Positions 53,499 through 62,031 of a stretch of 64,000 bases of DNA are shown in pieces (the first letter of the stretch is position 1; each line of letters begins with the position of its first letter). Position numbers and translations under genes: made by a program. The stretch is taken from positions 411,234-475,233 of the forward strand of contig OZ246413.1 in NCBI GenBank assembly GCA_965231085.1, read 5' to 3'. The stretch is from an uncultured Candidatus Saccharibacteria bacterium (GTDB lineage: Bacteria; Patescibacteriota; Saccharimonadia; Saccharimonadales; UBA10212). The notes under the pieces were generated by a model. That model saw nothing but the letters and a program-made list of their open reading frames with translations, made no database searches and was not told the origin of the DNA.

Positions 53499-53671
53499 CG
53501 AAAAGAGTCGGGTCATTTGATCCGGCTTTTTTCGTGCTTGTGAGAAGGACTTGAACCGATAGGCGAGAACAGCTAAACGCTGTTCGAGTTTTCCTTAATA
53601 ACCGCATGCGCATTTGCTTTAGCAAATGTTTGCGCCAGCGGATGATAACGCAAGTCCTCTTTCGCCCACCA
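53478..53671 (+). repeat. 21-bp direct repeat of the tRNA-Leu(CAG) 3' end (copies at 53478-53498 and 53651-53671)
   Basis: CAAGTCCTCTTTCGCCCACCA occurs exactly twice, 173 bp apart. The second copy has no upstream tRNA body. An inverted copy of the T-loop (AAGGACTTGAACC, 53549-53561) lies between them. Confidence 0.85.
53507..53532 (+). terminator. Rho-independent terminator after tRNA-Leu(CAG)
   Basis: GTCGGGTC-attt-GATCCGGC is an 8-bp stem with two G:U pairs, followed by TTTTTT. Confidence 0.55.
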
Positions 53672-53695
53672 TCACAAAAGTACGACCTTCTTAAC

Positions 53696-53741
53696 AAGAA
53701 CCTAACTGTAGAGTGGCTCTAAAGTTAGGTTCTTTGTTTTT
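53696..53741 (+). terminator. Very strong hairpin plus T-run
   Basis: AAGAACCTAACT-g-TAGAG-tgg-CTCTA-a-AGTTAGGTTCTT forms 17 bp in total and is followed by TGTTTTT. It lies about 70 nt downstream of the convergent substrate-binding-protein gene. Confidence 0.6.
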
Positions 53742-53802
53742 GCGATCGACTTTTGCTCCTCCGAGCAAACCATTCTCGCTTTGCTCGGGAAAAACAAAAT
53801 AT

Positions 53803-55587
53803 CTATTTAACATTTTTGTGTTGCTGGCGAACCATCCACTGATTGACGTTATAAAATCTATCAACGCTAGAATTGTTTGCCTTGCGGTCATAATTAAAAA
53901 CCGGCCCACGAGTTACATATAGATAATTTGGTTGGTAAAGAGCAACCGCCGGGGCGTCAGCCGACCAAATATTTTGAAATGCTCGATATTTAACGGCTCT
54001 AATAGTTGGGTCCGACCTAGTGCGTCCAGCCTCAATTGCCGCGTCGGCCGCAGCCGATTGATACTCGCTTAGGTTAAGATGCCCCTGGCTAGTTAAGCTG
54101 GCCTGTGAACTATCCCAGTAGGCATATACATCCGGATCAACACCTATGTTTATTCCGTAAAGCAAGATGTCATATGCATGGCTACCAATAACAGAGGCTT
54201 GTAGTTCATTGCTGTCGTGAAGATCTATAGTCACCTTAACCCCAATCTTAGACCATTCCGACTGCAAGAATTCGGCTACTTTTGTATAGCTTGCGGAGTT
54301 TTGTGCACTTAAGCCAAGGCTTAGTGTTTTGCCATCTTTAGCCCGTATACCATTAGCGCCCTTAGCCCATCCTTGCTGATCTAGTAGCTGGTTAGCATAG
54401 TCTAGATTGTATCCAAGCTCGGCCACCGACGCATCATAGCCGAGCTGCCCTTTAAGCAGCGGGCTATCGACTAGCTGGTTTACTGAACCGAGCAGATTGA
54501 TCAAACTATTACGATTAACTGAGGCAGTCAGAGCCTTTCTAACATTCACATCATTAAGGGGCGCTCGGGAGTTATTAAAGAAGGCCATAACGGCAGTTGT
54601 TAACGGGGTATTATGCTGTTCAACAGTTTTGTCTTTTGCGAGTTCAGCTGGTACTTGCTCTAGACCGCTGGCGGCATTAAGTTGTTTTTTCTCAAACGCC
54701 GATACTATGGCCTGATCGTCGTTATAGGTGATTATACTTAAACCATCTAGTTTTGGTCGGCCAGCCCAGTAATCTGCAAATGGCACAAAGCTGATTCTTT
54801 GCTGCCTGTCTTTTGGTGTTGAACCAGTGACTTCAATGTATTTGAGCATAAATGGCCCAGTGCCAATTGGCTCAGTATTAAACGACAAGCTCCTGAGCTG
54901 AGCCGGCTGTTTTTTTGATAAAACGTGGTATGGAATTATCCCATTAGTCAGGGAGTACGGAAATGAGCTTAGAGCATTCGGAATGTCAAAGGCTACTGCG
55001 TAATTGTCTAGCTTGGTTACGGTTATGCCCTGCCAGCTAGAATATAGCGGCGATTGGGCAGCAATATTTTGTATCGTATGGTAGGTAAACACCACGTCAT
55101 CGGCATTAAAACTGGCCCCATCCTGCCATGTCACATTTTTTCTGAGTATAACTGTGTAGCGTAATTGGTTATCGGATATGGTGTAGCTTGTAGCTAAATC
55201 GCCAACCAATTTATTGTCGTTGTCGTACTTAAATAAACCTGAAAAAACTAATCGACTAACGGCCGCATCGGCGGCACCAGTTGCATAAATTGGATTAGCG
55301 TTAGTAAAGCTTCCTATTAGTCCTTCGTTGTATAGCCCGCCAGCTACCGGCTCAAGAACCTGATAATGCGGCGATAGGTTTCTGGCCTGTAGATAAGTGG
55401 CAAATATCATTAAAACAAAAACTGAAACCCACATTAGTATAAACCTACGGACCGATACTAATCTGTCAAAGCGCCTAATTAACAGCTTCTCGATTTTTTT
55501 GTCAGCTTGCGCAACCGTATCAACAGCGCCTTGATGATGCTTTTTAAACTGTTTCTTAAATTTTCTTTTGGTCGCAGGATCAATCAC
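53803..55587 (-). CDS. ABC transporter substrate-binding protein, family 5 (peptide/nickel type), membrane-anchored
   Basis: N-terminal TM anchor (FILMWVSVFVLMIFATYL), 594 aa. SBP_bac_5-like sequence, for example TWQDGASFNADDVVFTY and GTGPFMLK. No cognate permease or ATPase gene is adjacent. Confidence 0.8.
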   Translation of the reverse strand: MIDPATKRKFKKQFKKHHQGAVDTVAQADKKIEKLLIRRFDRLVSVRRFILMWVSVFVLMIFATYLQARNLSPHYQVLEPVAGGLYNEGLIGSFTNANPIYATGAADAAVSRLVFSGLFKYDNDNKLVGDLATSYTISDNQLRYTVILRKNVTWQDGASFNADDVVFTYHTIQNIAAQSPLYSSWQGITVTKLDNYAVAFDIPNALSSFPYSLTNGIIPYHVLSKKQPAQLRSLSFNTEPIGTGPFMLKYIEVTGSTPKDRQQRISFVPFADYWAGRPKLDGLSIITYNDDQAIVSAFEKKQLNAASGLEQVPAELAKDKTVEQHNTPLTTAVMAFFNNSRAPLNDVNVRKALTASVNRNSLINLLGSVNQLVDSPLLKGQLGYDASVAELGYNLDYANQLLDQQGWAKGANGIRAKDGKTLSLGLSAQNSASYTKVAEFLQSEWSKIGVKVTIDLHDSNELQASVIGSHAYDILLYGINIGVDPDVYAYWDSSQASLTSQGHLNLSEYQSAAADAAIEAGRTRSDPTIRAVKYRAFQNIWSADAPAVALYQPNYLYVTRGPVFNYDRKANNSSVDRFYNVNQWMVRQQHKNVK

Positions 55588-55611
55588 AAATGTTATCCAC
55601 CTGTTAAAAAT

Positions 55612-55827
55612 TTATTTGGCAACGATTCCAACAATGATGCTGGCGGCAAAAATAAAAACCAGGATTATTGTTATCTGGTGAAGGGTTTTGTCTGAACCTC
55701 TACGAACCGTATTAACTTCTCCGCCTCCACCTAGCCCTGCTCCAAGGCTAGCCCCCCGAGTCTGAATTAGAATCAGAATGGTCAGCAGTATAACGCTTGC
55801 TATTGTTATGTAATTCCAGATAGTCAT
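55612..55827 (-). CDS. secG: Preprotein translocase subunit SecG
   Basis: 71 aa, two TM helices flanking a Gly-rich loop (LIQTRGASLGAGLGGGGE). Confidence 0.8.
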   Translation of the reverse strand: MTIWNYITIASVILLTILILIQTRGASLGAGLGGGGEVNTVRRGSDKTLHQITIILVFIFAASIIVGIVAK

Positions 55828-55835
55828 TTTAGTAC

Positions 55836-56204
55836 TTATATATCCTTTAGCGTTCGGCTCACTAATAGATTAACAACTCCGACTATTATACCGGCTACAA
55901 CCGCTACTCCTAAACTTTTTACGTATAGGGGGCTGTATAGCCAGCTAGCTATCATTATTAAAAAGCCATTAACCACCAACATAAACAAACCAAGGCTAAT
56001 GATAATCGCTGGTAGCGACAGAAAAATAACCAAAGGCTTGAGGGCCATATTTACTAAAGCCAAGAACAGACCTGCCAAGACTACCGTTGTCCACTTTGAA
56101 CCAACGCTCAGTCTGTCTGATCCAAGTATCCCAGAAGCAATCCATAAACCAAGAGTCGATGCTAACCAACGTACCCCGAACTTAAAAAGTTTATCTTCCT
56201 TCAT
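55836..56204 (-). CDS. Phage_holin_4_2 / YvlD-type membrane protein
   Basis: 122 aa, 4 TM. LALVNMALKPLVIFLSLPAIIISLGLFMLVVNGF matches this family. Confidence 0.7.
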   Translation of the reverse strand: MKEDKLFKFGVRWLASTLGLWIASGILGSDRLSVGSKWTTVVLAGLFLALVNMALKPLVIFLSLPAIIISLGLFMLVVNGFLIMIASWLYSPLYVKSLGVAVVAGIIVGVVNLLVSRTLKDI

Positions 56205-56221
56205 GCAACTATTGTAACAAT

Positions 56222-57733
56222 TTAACTGCCATCAGATAAGTGCTGCTTAATTAGTGAGGCAAGCTTAGGCCCAACTACCTCTGATAAATCTTCTTCTGTC
56301 GCTTCCATAACACCCCGCGCGGAACCGAAAGATCTTATTAACTTTTTCCGGGTCGCCGGCCCTACCCCCGGGATATCGTCCAGAATACTGCTAGTTGCCC
56401 GTGTTCGTTTTAAGTTAGTATGGTAGCTCACAGCAAAACGATGAGATTCATCCCGGATCCTTTGCAATAATTTAATGAGGTTGGATTTTTCGGGCAATGA
56501 AAGAGTCACGAAATCATCTGTTTCTGTAATAATCCCGGCGTTTGCTTTAACTGCGTTAACTATGAGCTCATAAGGTCTATCAATAAAACTAAGAGATTTA
56601 TGAATAATCAAATCTTCGTGGCGTTTGGCCAGACCAACCATTGGGATATTGGACATCCCCAGTTCATCCCGGGCTGCTAGAGCAGCGCTTAACTGGCCTT
56701 TGCCACCGTCGATCAATATAAAATCTGGGAATCCCCACTTCCTAACATTCTCGTCCCGAAATCGACGTTTCAGAACTTCCGCCATATGAGCAAAGTCATT
56801 GTTACCTGCAACCCTTAGTTTGAACTTACGATAAGCCGTTTTGTAAGGAAGCCCATCAATAAAAACTACCATGCTGGCAACATTGTCCGTACCTTGCATG
56901 TGACTAATATCAAAACCCTCAACTCTTTTTGGCGACTTATCAAGACAAAAGATGTTGGCAAATTCTTTCAATGCGGCGTCTCGACTGGCATCTATAATTT
57001 CTCGATCACTAAATAATATTTGGCGGTTGAGTTCGCGAATTGCGAATAACTGATTCCTCAGCCTTGCGGCTTCCTCGTAACGTTTGTTGCGAGCAGCTTT
57101 TTTCATTTCTCTTTCAATTTCACGAACAATAGCCACTCTCTCGCCCTTAAAATATTGCTTCAGTTTTTTTAGATTAGCCCGATAATCTTCTAGGCTAGTC
57201 TTTCCTTCTTCGAGGCCCGGGTCGAGACCTAAATGATAATGCAGACTAACTCTTTTGCCGATTGCGGGTTTAGATATGGCAAACGGAAACGCCCGGCGCA
57301 AATATCTAAGCGCTTTTTTAACTTCAACACCACTAATATATGGTCCAAAATATTCTGCCCTGTCGTCGAGCGGCCGCCTTACAGTTGTAACCGTTGGGTA
57401 ATCACTTTTTGAATCAACTCTTATGTATATATTAGACTTATCGTCACGCAGCAAAATGTTAAATCTGGGCATATAACGCCGAACCAGCTCCGCCTCCAGA
57501 AATAGCGCGTCGGCTTCGGTTTCAACTTCGGTCCAGTCAATATCTTGTATCTCGCTAACTAAAACATCTGTTTTAGGATCATGATAGCGACTTTTTTGAA
57601 AATATTGTCGTACTCGATTACGTAAATTTGCAGCCTTGCCAATATAAATAATTTCACCGTTTTTATCCTTGTGAAAATAAACACCAGGTGTTGTCGGCAG
57701 CTTCTTTAATTTAGCTTCAATTTTGCTTATCAT
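56222..57733 (-). CDS. uvrC: Excinuclease ABC subunit C
   Basis: GIY-YIG domain (PGVYFHKDKNGEIIYIGKAANLRNRV), UVR motif (YEEAARLRNQLFAI), endonuclease domain, and C-terminal (HhH)2 (IPGVGPATRKKLIRSFGS). ATG at 57733 is preferred; the track start at 57805 adds 24 non-conserved residues. Confidence 0.9.
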   Translation of the reverse strand: MISKIEAKLKKLPTTPGVYFHKDKNGEIIYIGKAANLRNRVRQYFQKSRYHDPKTDVLVSEIQDIDWTEVETEADALFLEAELVRRYMPRFNILLRDDKSNIYIRVDSKSDYPTVTTVRRPLDDRAEYFGPYISGVEVKKALRYLRRAFPFAISKPAIGKRVSLHYHLGLDPGLEEGKTSLEDYRANLKKLKQYFKGERVAIVREIEREMKKAARNKRYEEAARLRNQLFAIRELNRQILFSDREIIDASRDAALKEFANIFCLDKSPKRVEGFDISHMQGTDNVASMVVFIDGLPYKTAYRKFKLRVAGNNDFAHMAEVLKRRFRDENVRKWGFPDFILIDGGKGQLSAALAARDELGMSNIPMVGLAKRHEDLIIHKSLSFIDRPYELIVNAVKANAGIITETDDFVTLSLPEKSNLIKLLQRIRDESHRFAVSYHTNLKRTRATSSILDDIPGVGPATRKKLIRSFGSARGVMEATEEDLSEVVGPKLASLIKQHLSDGS

Positions 57734-57834
57734 TTCAGCTATAAGCCTATCAGGGAAATAAAAGGTTTGCCAACAGATTAGATAATCTGTTAAACTGCTT
57801 ATCAATAACTAATACTAGAAAGGAGCGGCAAACC

Positions 57835-57882
57835 ATGAACAAAATTTACACAAAATTAGATGTCGCTCCACGCGACCTCTAA
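57835..57882 (+). CDS. Candidate 15-aa upstream small ORF (MNKIYTKLDVAPRDL)
   Basis: AAAGGAGCGG lies 6 nt upstream of the ATG. The ORF ends 41 nt before the ABC exporter gene, which has a near-identical SD context (TAAGGAGCGCC). Too short for the ORF track. Confidence 0.3.
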   Translation: MNKIYTKLDVAPRDL

Positions 57883-57923
57883 AATAAATATTTCTAAATA
57901 AATCGGCTAAGGAGCGCCGAGAG

Positions 57924-59702
57924 ATGGAACAAAAAAGAAACGCCCAAGCGGTTAGAATGGCTGCTTCGCATTATTGGCAGCAAATTAAAGCGGACTGGAA
58001 GAATGTCTTGCCTGCTTTTTTATTCCCTGCGCTTGGTAATATATTAGTCTTCTACTTGCCGCCGTTAATCGTAGCAAAAATTCTACTTAGATTTTCTAAT
58101 TCAAGCCACACCGATTTGGCTAGTTTTATTCCGTATATTCTATTGTTTATAGTTCTATGGGGATCAGGCGAAATGTTATGGCGACTCGGTATACACTTTC
58201 TGATTAAGGCCGAGTCAAGAGGCAGTCGGCAGCTCTCTGAAAATGCAATGACCAGTTTGCTAAAAAAAGATTTAGCCTTCTTTCATAACAACTTTTCAGG
58301 ATCTTTAACTAAGCGGGTTTCGAACTATAGCTGGAAGTATATCGACCTACTAGACACCTTGGCTTTCAGTATTTGTTCGGCCTACTTGCCGATTATTTTT
58401 GTGGTTTATATACTTTGGGGATTTACGCCATGGTTAGTGTTTGCACTAGTTGGTTTAATGATTGTAACTGGCTTTATAATTGCTCCGCTCATAAGAAAAA
58501 GGCAGAAAATTGTGGCCGAACGAGAAGCGGCTGGCACCAAAGTCTCTGGTTATATAGCTGACGTATTCAGCAACATCGACACTATTAAAGCCTTTTCTAA
58601 TGAAGATTATGAATTGGAAAACCATAGATCTAACCTAAGAGATTTCTACTCAAAGGCTAAGCACTCCTGGGATTACCAAAACCTTAAGATCGATACCTTA
58701 ACATCACCACTATATGTACTAACCAATGCAGTAGGGCTGATCATCGCCATCTACGTAGCTGGAAAAAGTAAAATAAGTCTTCAGGTATTGTTCGTTAGCT
58801 TTAACTACTTCGCAGGGGTTACTCGCTCGATGTGGGAGTTTAACCATGTTTATCGAAACATTGAGTCAGCTCTAACTGAGGGTGCCCAATACACTGAGCT
58901 TATGCTTGAGGAGGCGTATGTAAAGGATGTCCCTAACCCTAAACCCTTTAAAGTTACTGCGGGTAATATAGATTTTGACAGTATTGATTTTCGGTATCGA
59001 GATTCTTCAACAAAAAATATTTTTAATTCGTTTAACCTACACATTCATGGTGGTGAAAAAGTTGCATTGGTCGGCCATTCCGGCAGCGGTAAAACCACCA
59101 TAACAAAATTGCTGCTTAGATTTGTCGATGTAACAAAAGGGGCAATACATATCGATGGACAGAACATAGCGGAAGTTAAACAGCACGATCTACGCCAAGA
59201 AATAGCATATGTTCCCCAGGAACCAATAATGTTTCACCGCTCTCTGCTAGACAATATTCGATATGGCCGGTTGGACGCCACTGAAGCGGAGGTTAAACTT
59301 GCTGCTAAAAAAGCTAACGCTGCAGAGTTTATTGAGCAGCTACCTGAAGGCTACGACACCCTTGTTGGAGAGCGTGGTATCAAACTTTCTGGTGGCCAAA
59401 GACAAAGGATCGCTATTGCTCGAGCTATTCTTAGGGATGCCCCGATCTTGATTTTAGACGAAGCTACCAGCGCTCTCGATTCAGAAAGTGAAGCGCTAAT
59501 TCAAGATGCTCTCTGGAAATTAATGGAAGGAAGGACTGCCATAGTTATCGCACACCGGTTAAGCACAATCCAAAAGATGGATCGTATTCTCGTTTTGGAT
59601 AAAGGAGTGATAGTTGAGCAAGGATCGCATCGTGAGCTACTTTCTAAAAAGGGTGTGTACGCTAAGCTTTGGGCCCACCAGTCCGGTGGCTTCATAGAAT
59701 AA
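57924..59702 (+). CDS. ABC exporter, fused permease/ATPase (MsbA/type I exporter-like)
   Basis: Six N-terminal TM helices. Walker A GHSGSGKTT, signature LSGGQRQRIAIARA, Walker B ILILDEATSALD. Confidence 0.9.
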   Translation: MEQKRNAQAVRMAASHYWQQIKADWKNVLPAFLFPALGNILVFYLPPLIVAKILLRFSNSSHTDLASFIPYILLFIVLWGSGEMLWRLGIHFLIKAESRGSRQLSENAMTSLLKKDLAFFHNNFSGSLTKRVSNYSWKYIDLLDTLAFSICSAYLPIIFVVYILWGFTPWLVFALVGLMIVTGFIIAPLIRKRQKIVAEREAAGTKVSGYIADVFSNIDTIKAFSNEDYELENHRSNLRDFYSKAKHSWDYQNLKIDTLTSPLYVLTNAVGLIIAIYVAGKSKISLQVLFVSFNYFAGVTRSMWEFNHVYRNIESALTEGAQYTELMLEEAYVKDVPNPKPFKVTAGNIDFDSIDFRYRDSSTKNIFNSFNLHIHGGEKVALVGHSGSGKTTITKLLLRFVDVTKGAIHIDGQNIAEVKQHDLRQEIAYVPQEPIMFHRSLLDNIRYGRLDATEAEVKLAAKKANAAEFIEQLPEGYDTLVGERGIKLSGGQRQRIAIARAILRDAPILILDEATSALDSESEALIQDALWKLMEGRTAIVIAHRLSTIQKMDRILVLDKGVIVEQGSHRELLSKKGVYAKLWAHQSGGFIE

Positions 59703-59716
59703 TAAAACTTAACTTG

Positions 59717-60616
59717 TTAAGCTTTTTGTAACTGGCTTTTAGCGACTTTGGCGCATCTAGCTGAACAGGTCTGGGTTTTGTTGTAACAATCTTCGCATAT
59801 AAGAATTAAGTCATTGCAGGCCATATTGGTGCAGTTCACGTAATTACTGGTGTTCCCTTTGCAATTGGTACAAATACCTATGTCTTTGGATTTGTCGCTA
59901 AATGGTAAGCTCATGCGTTTGTCAAAAACATAGAGCTTACCTTCCCACAGTCCATCGTCTTTAAACTCTTCGCCGTACTTAACTATGCCGCCGTCAATTT
60001 GATAGACTTCTTTAAATCCTCGGTTCTTCATTAGCGCCGATAAAATCTCGCAACGAATGCCGCCGGTGCAGTAGGTAACTATCGGCCTATCTTTTAGATT
60101 AGCCATTTCTGGCTTTTCAAGCTCCTTAATAAAATCTTTTGTGGTTCGAGTATTAGGCACTACCGTATTTTTAAATCTGCCAATTGCCGCCTCGTAGGCA
60201 TTGCGGCCATCCATAAATACAACTTCGTCACCACGTTTTTCGACTAGCTCATTTACCTGGCGCGGTTTTAGGTGTTTGCCGCCGCCAACGACTCCTTTTT
60301 CATTAACTTTCAGCTCATTAGGTACACCAAAAGTGACTATCTCGTCTCGAACTTTTACGCTAAGTTTCGGAAAATCGTCAGCCCCGCCGTCACTCCATTT
60401 CCAGGTAATGCCGCGGAATTTACTGTGCTCTTTCATGGCGCGGGTATAGTATTTTAAATTTTTAAGTTCGCCGCCAAGCGTACCATTAATGCCATGCTTG
60501 CTAATTAATATTCTGCCTTTCAGGCCAAGGCTAGCACATAGTGCTTTTTGCCAATACATAACACTCTCTGTGTCTTCGATCGGCACAAATTTGTAATATA
60601 GAATTATTTTTTGCAT
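59717..60616 (-). CDS. trhO: Rhodanese-domain protein TrhO (UPF0176/YceA, tRNA U34 hydroxylase family)
   Basis: N-terminal ILYYKF...[13 protein letters not shown], rhodanese active-site loop YCTGGIRCE, and a Cys-rich C-terminal tail. Confidence 0.85.
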   Translation of the reverse strand: MQKIILYYKFVPIEDTESVMYWQKALCASLGLKGRILISKHGINGTLGGELKNLKYYTRAMKEHSKFRGITWKWSDGGADDFPKLSVKVRDEIVTFGVPNELKVNEKGVVGGGKHLKPRQVNELVEKRGDEVVFMDGRNAYEAAIGRFKNTVVPNTRTTKDFIKELEKPEMANLKDRPIVTYCTGGIRCEILSALMKNRGFKEVYQIDGGIVKYGEEFKDDGLWEGKLYVFDKRMSLPFSDKSKDIGICTNCKGNTSNYVNCTNMACNDLILICEDCYNKTQTCSARCAKVAKSQLQKA

Positions 60617-60644
60617 TGCACTAACCTGCCCACTTTAAAGGTGA

Positions 60645-61304
60645 TTACTCGCTCTTGGCTTCGCCCTCGGCTGCTGGTTCTGTATCCTCAGCGCCGGCTT
60701 CGTCAGCTTCGCCCTCGGCTACTTCTTCAGCTTCTTCAGATATTTGAGCCTTTGTTTCAACAACTGTGGCTATCGGATGTTCGGCTTCGGTTAGGATAAC
60801 AACTCCGGCTGGAGCAACTAAATCAGCGACTGTGATCTTGTCGTGAATTTCGACTAGTCTACTGGCATCAACCTTGATCTCATCCGGCAGGTCTCTAGGT
60901 AGTGCTTCAACCGTGACTGTGTCTAGTTGGTGCAATACGACTAGCCCGGCTTTTTCGGCTGGAATTTCACCCTCTAGGTGAACTGGTATTTCAGCCTCTA
61001 CTTTCTCGTTAGCGGCAATCGCCTGAAAAACCACATGCTGCATTCGATGTTTTACTGGATTGTAGTGCACATCCTTAATGAGGGCCAGGAATTTTTGCGA
61101 GCCTACCTCAAGATTTAGAGGGTGGTGCTTACCTGCATCTTTATAAACTTTAATCAGTTCTTTCTCGGAAGCCATGACATGAATAGATGCCTGGCCATGA
61201 TTATGAATAACAGCCGGAATCTGTCCGTCGTTTCTTAAGGCATTAAGGCCTTTTCCAATTTTTTCACGTTCTATTAAGCGCAGTGGCTGGTCTACGTCAC
61301 CCAT
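60645..61304 (-). CDS. rplY: 50S ribosomal protein L25 / Ctc with acidic C-terminal tail
   Basis: KGLNALRNDGQIPAVIHNHGQASIHV and HPLNLEV...VKHRMQHVVFQAI match L25/Ctc. ATG at 61304 is preferred; the track start at 61484 would run across the divergent dedA start. Confidence 0.85.
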   Translation of the reverse strand: MGDVDQPLRLIEREKIGKGLNALRNDGQIPAVIHNHGQASIHVMASEKELIKVYKDAGKHHPLNLEVGSQKFLALIKDVHYNPVKHRMQHVVFQAIAANEKVEAEIPVHLEGEIPAEKAGLVVLHQLDTVTVEALPRDLPDEIKVDASRLVEIHDKITVADLVAPAGVVILTEAEHPIATVVETKAQISEEAEEVAEGEADEAGAEDTEPAAEGEAKSE

Positions 61305-61377
61305 GTAAAAAGTTAACTCCGTTTCTTTAGGTATTATTATAACAGATTTTTCTCTTATACATGTACAATTAAAGAAG

Positions 61378-62031
61378 ATGTTTGACGTTAACCATATTTT
61401 GCAAGTCGGAGGGATATTAGCTGTTGCACTTATTATTTTTGCCGAAACTGGACTATTAGTTGGTTTTTTCTTACCGGGCGACACCCTGCTTCTTGCCGCG
61501 GGTATTTTTGCCGGTGAACATAAACTTAGTATCTACCTGCTCTTACCTGCCGTAGCTTTGGCTGCCATAGTCGGCTATCAAGTCGGGTATAAAGTTGGTG
61601 AAAAAGCCGGACCTAAATTTTTTAAGCGGCGAGATGGTATCTTGTTCCGCGAAGATTACATAACTAAAAGTGAAAAGTTTTTTACAAAACACGGTGGAAA
61701 GACCTTATTGTTAATACGATTTGCCCCGGTTGGCAGAACTGTTATCCCGCTAATTGCGGGTATCGGTAAGATGGATAAAAGAAAATTTTTGGTGTACAAC
61801 ATCGTTGGAGCAATATTTTGGACATTTAGCGTCACCCTAGCCGCCTTTTGGGTTGGCGGTCGTGTGCCAAATATTGACCATTACATTGCCTGGCTACTAA
61901 TAGTTGCAGCCGTACTAACTTCTGGTGGAGTTCTGTTTGGTCTTCTAAAGAGTGGCGAGAAACGCCAAGAGCTAAAAACAGCGCTCCGCGAAGAGCTTGG
62001 TTACTTGCTGGGAACTATTAAATCTAAATAA
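61378..62031 (+). CDS. DedA family membrane protein
   Basis: [49 protein letters not shown]. Confidence 0.85.
   Translation: MFDVNHILQVGGILAVALIIFAETGLLVGFFLPGDTLLLAAGIFAGEHKLSIYLLLPAVALAAIVGYQVGYKVGEKAGPKFFKRRDGILFREDYITKSEKFFTKHGGKTLLLIRFAPVGRTVIPLIAGIGKMDKRKFLVYNIVGAIFWTFSVTLAAFWVGGRVPNIDHYIAWLLIVAAVLTSGGVLFGLLKSGEKRQELKTALREELGYLLGTIKSK

Noticed and set aside
53540-53671. A possible degenerate second tRNA or tmRNA-like gene ending in the duplicated ...TTCGCCCACCA.
   Set aside because: Neither a matching 5' acceptor strand (GGGCGAA) nor a T-stem partner exists upstream of the second copy. The inverted T-loop fragment cannot form a T-arm either. I reported it as a repeat or scar rather than as an RNA gene.
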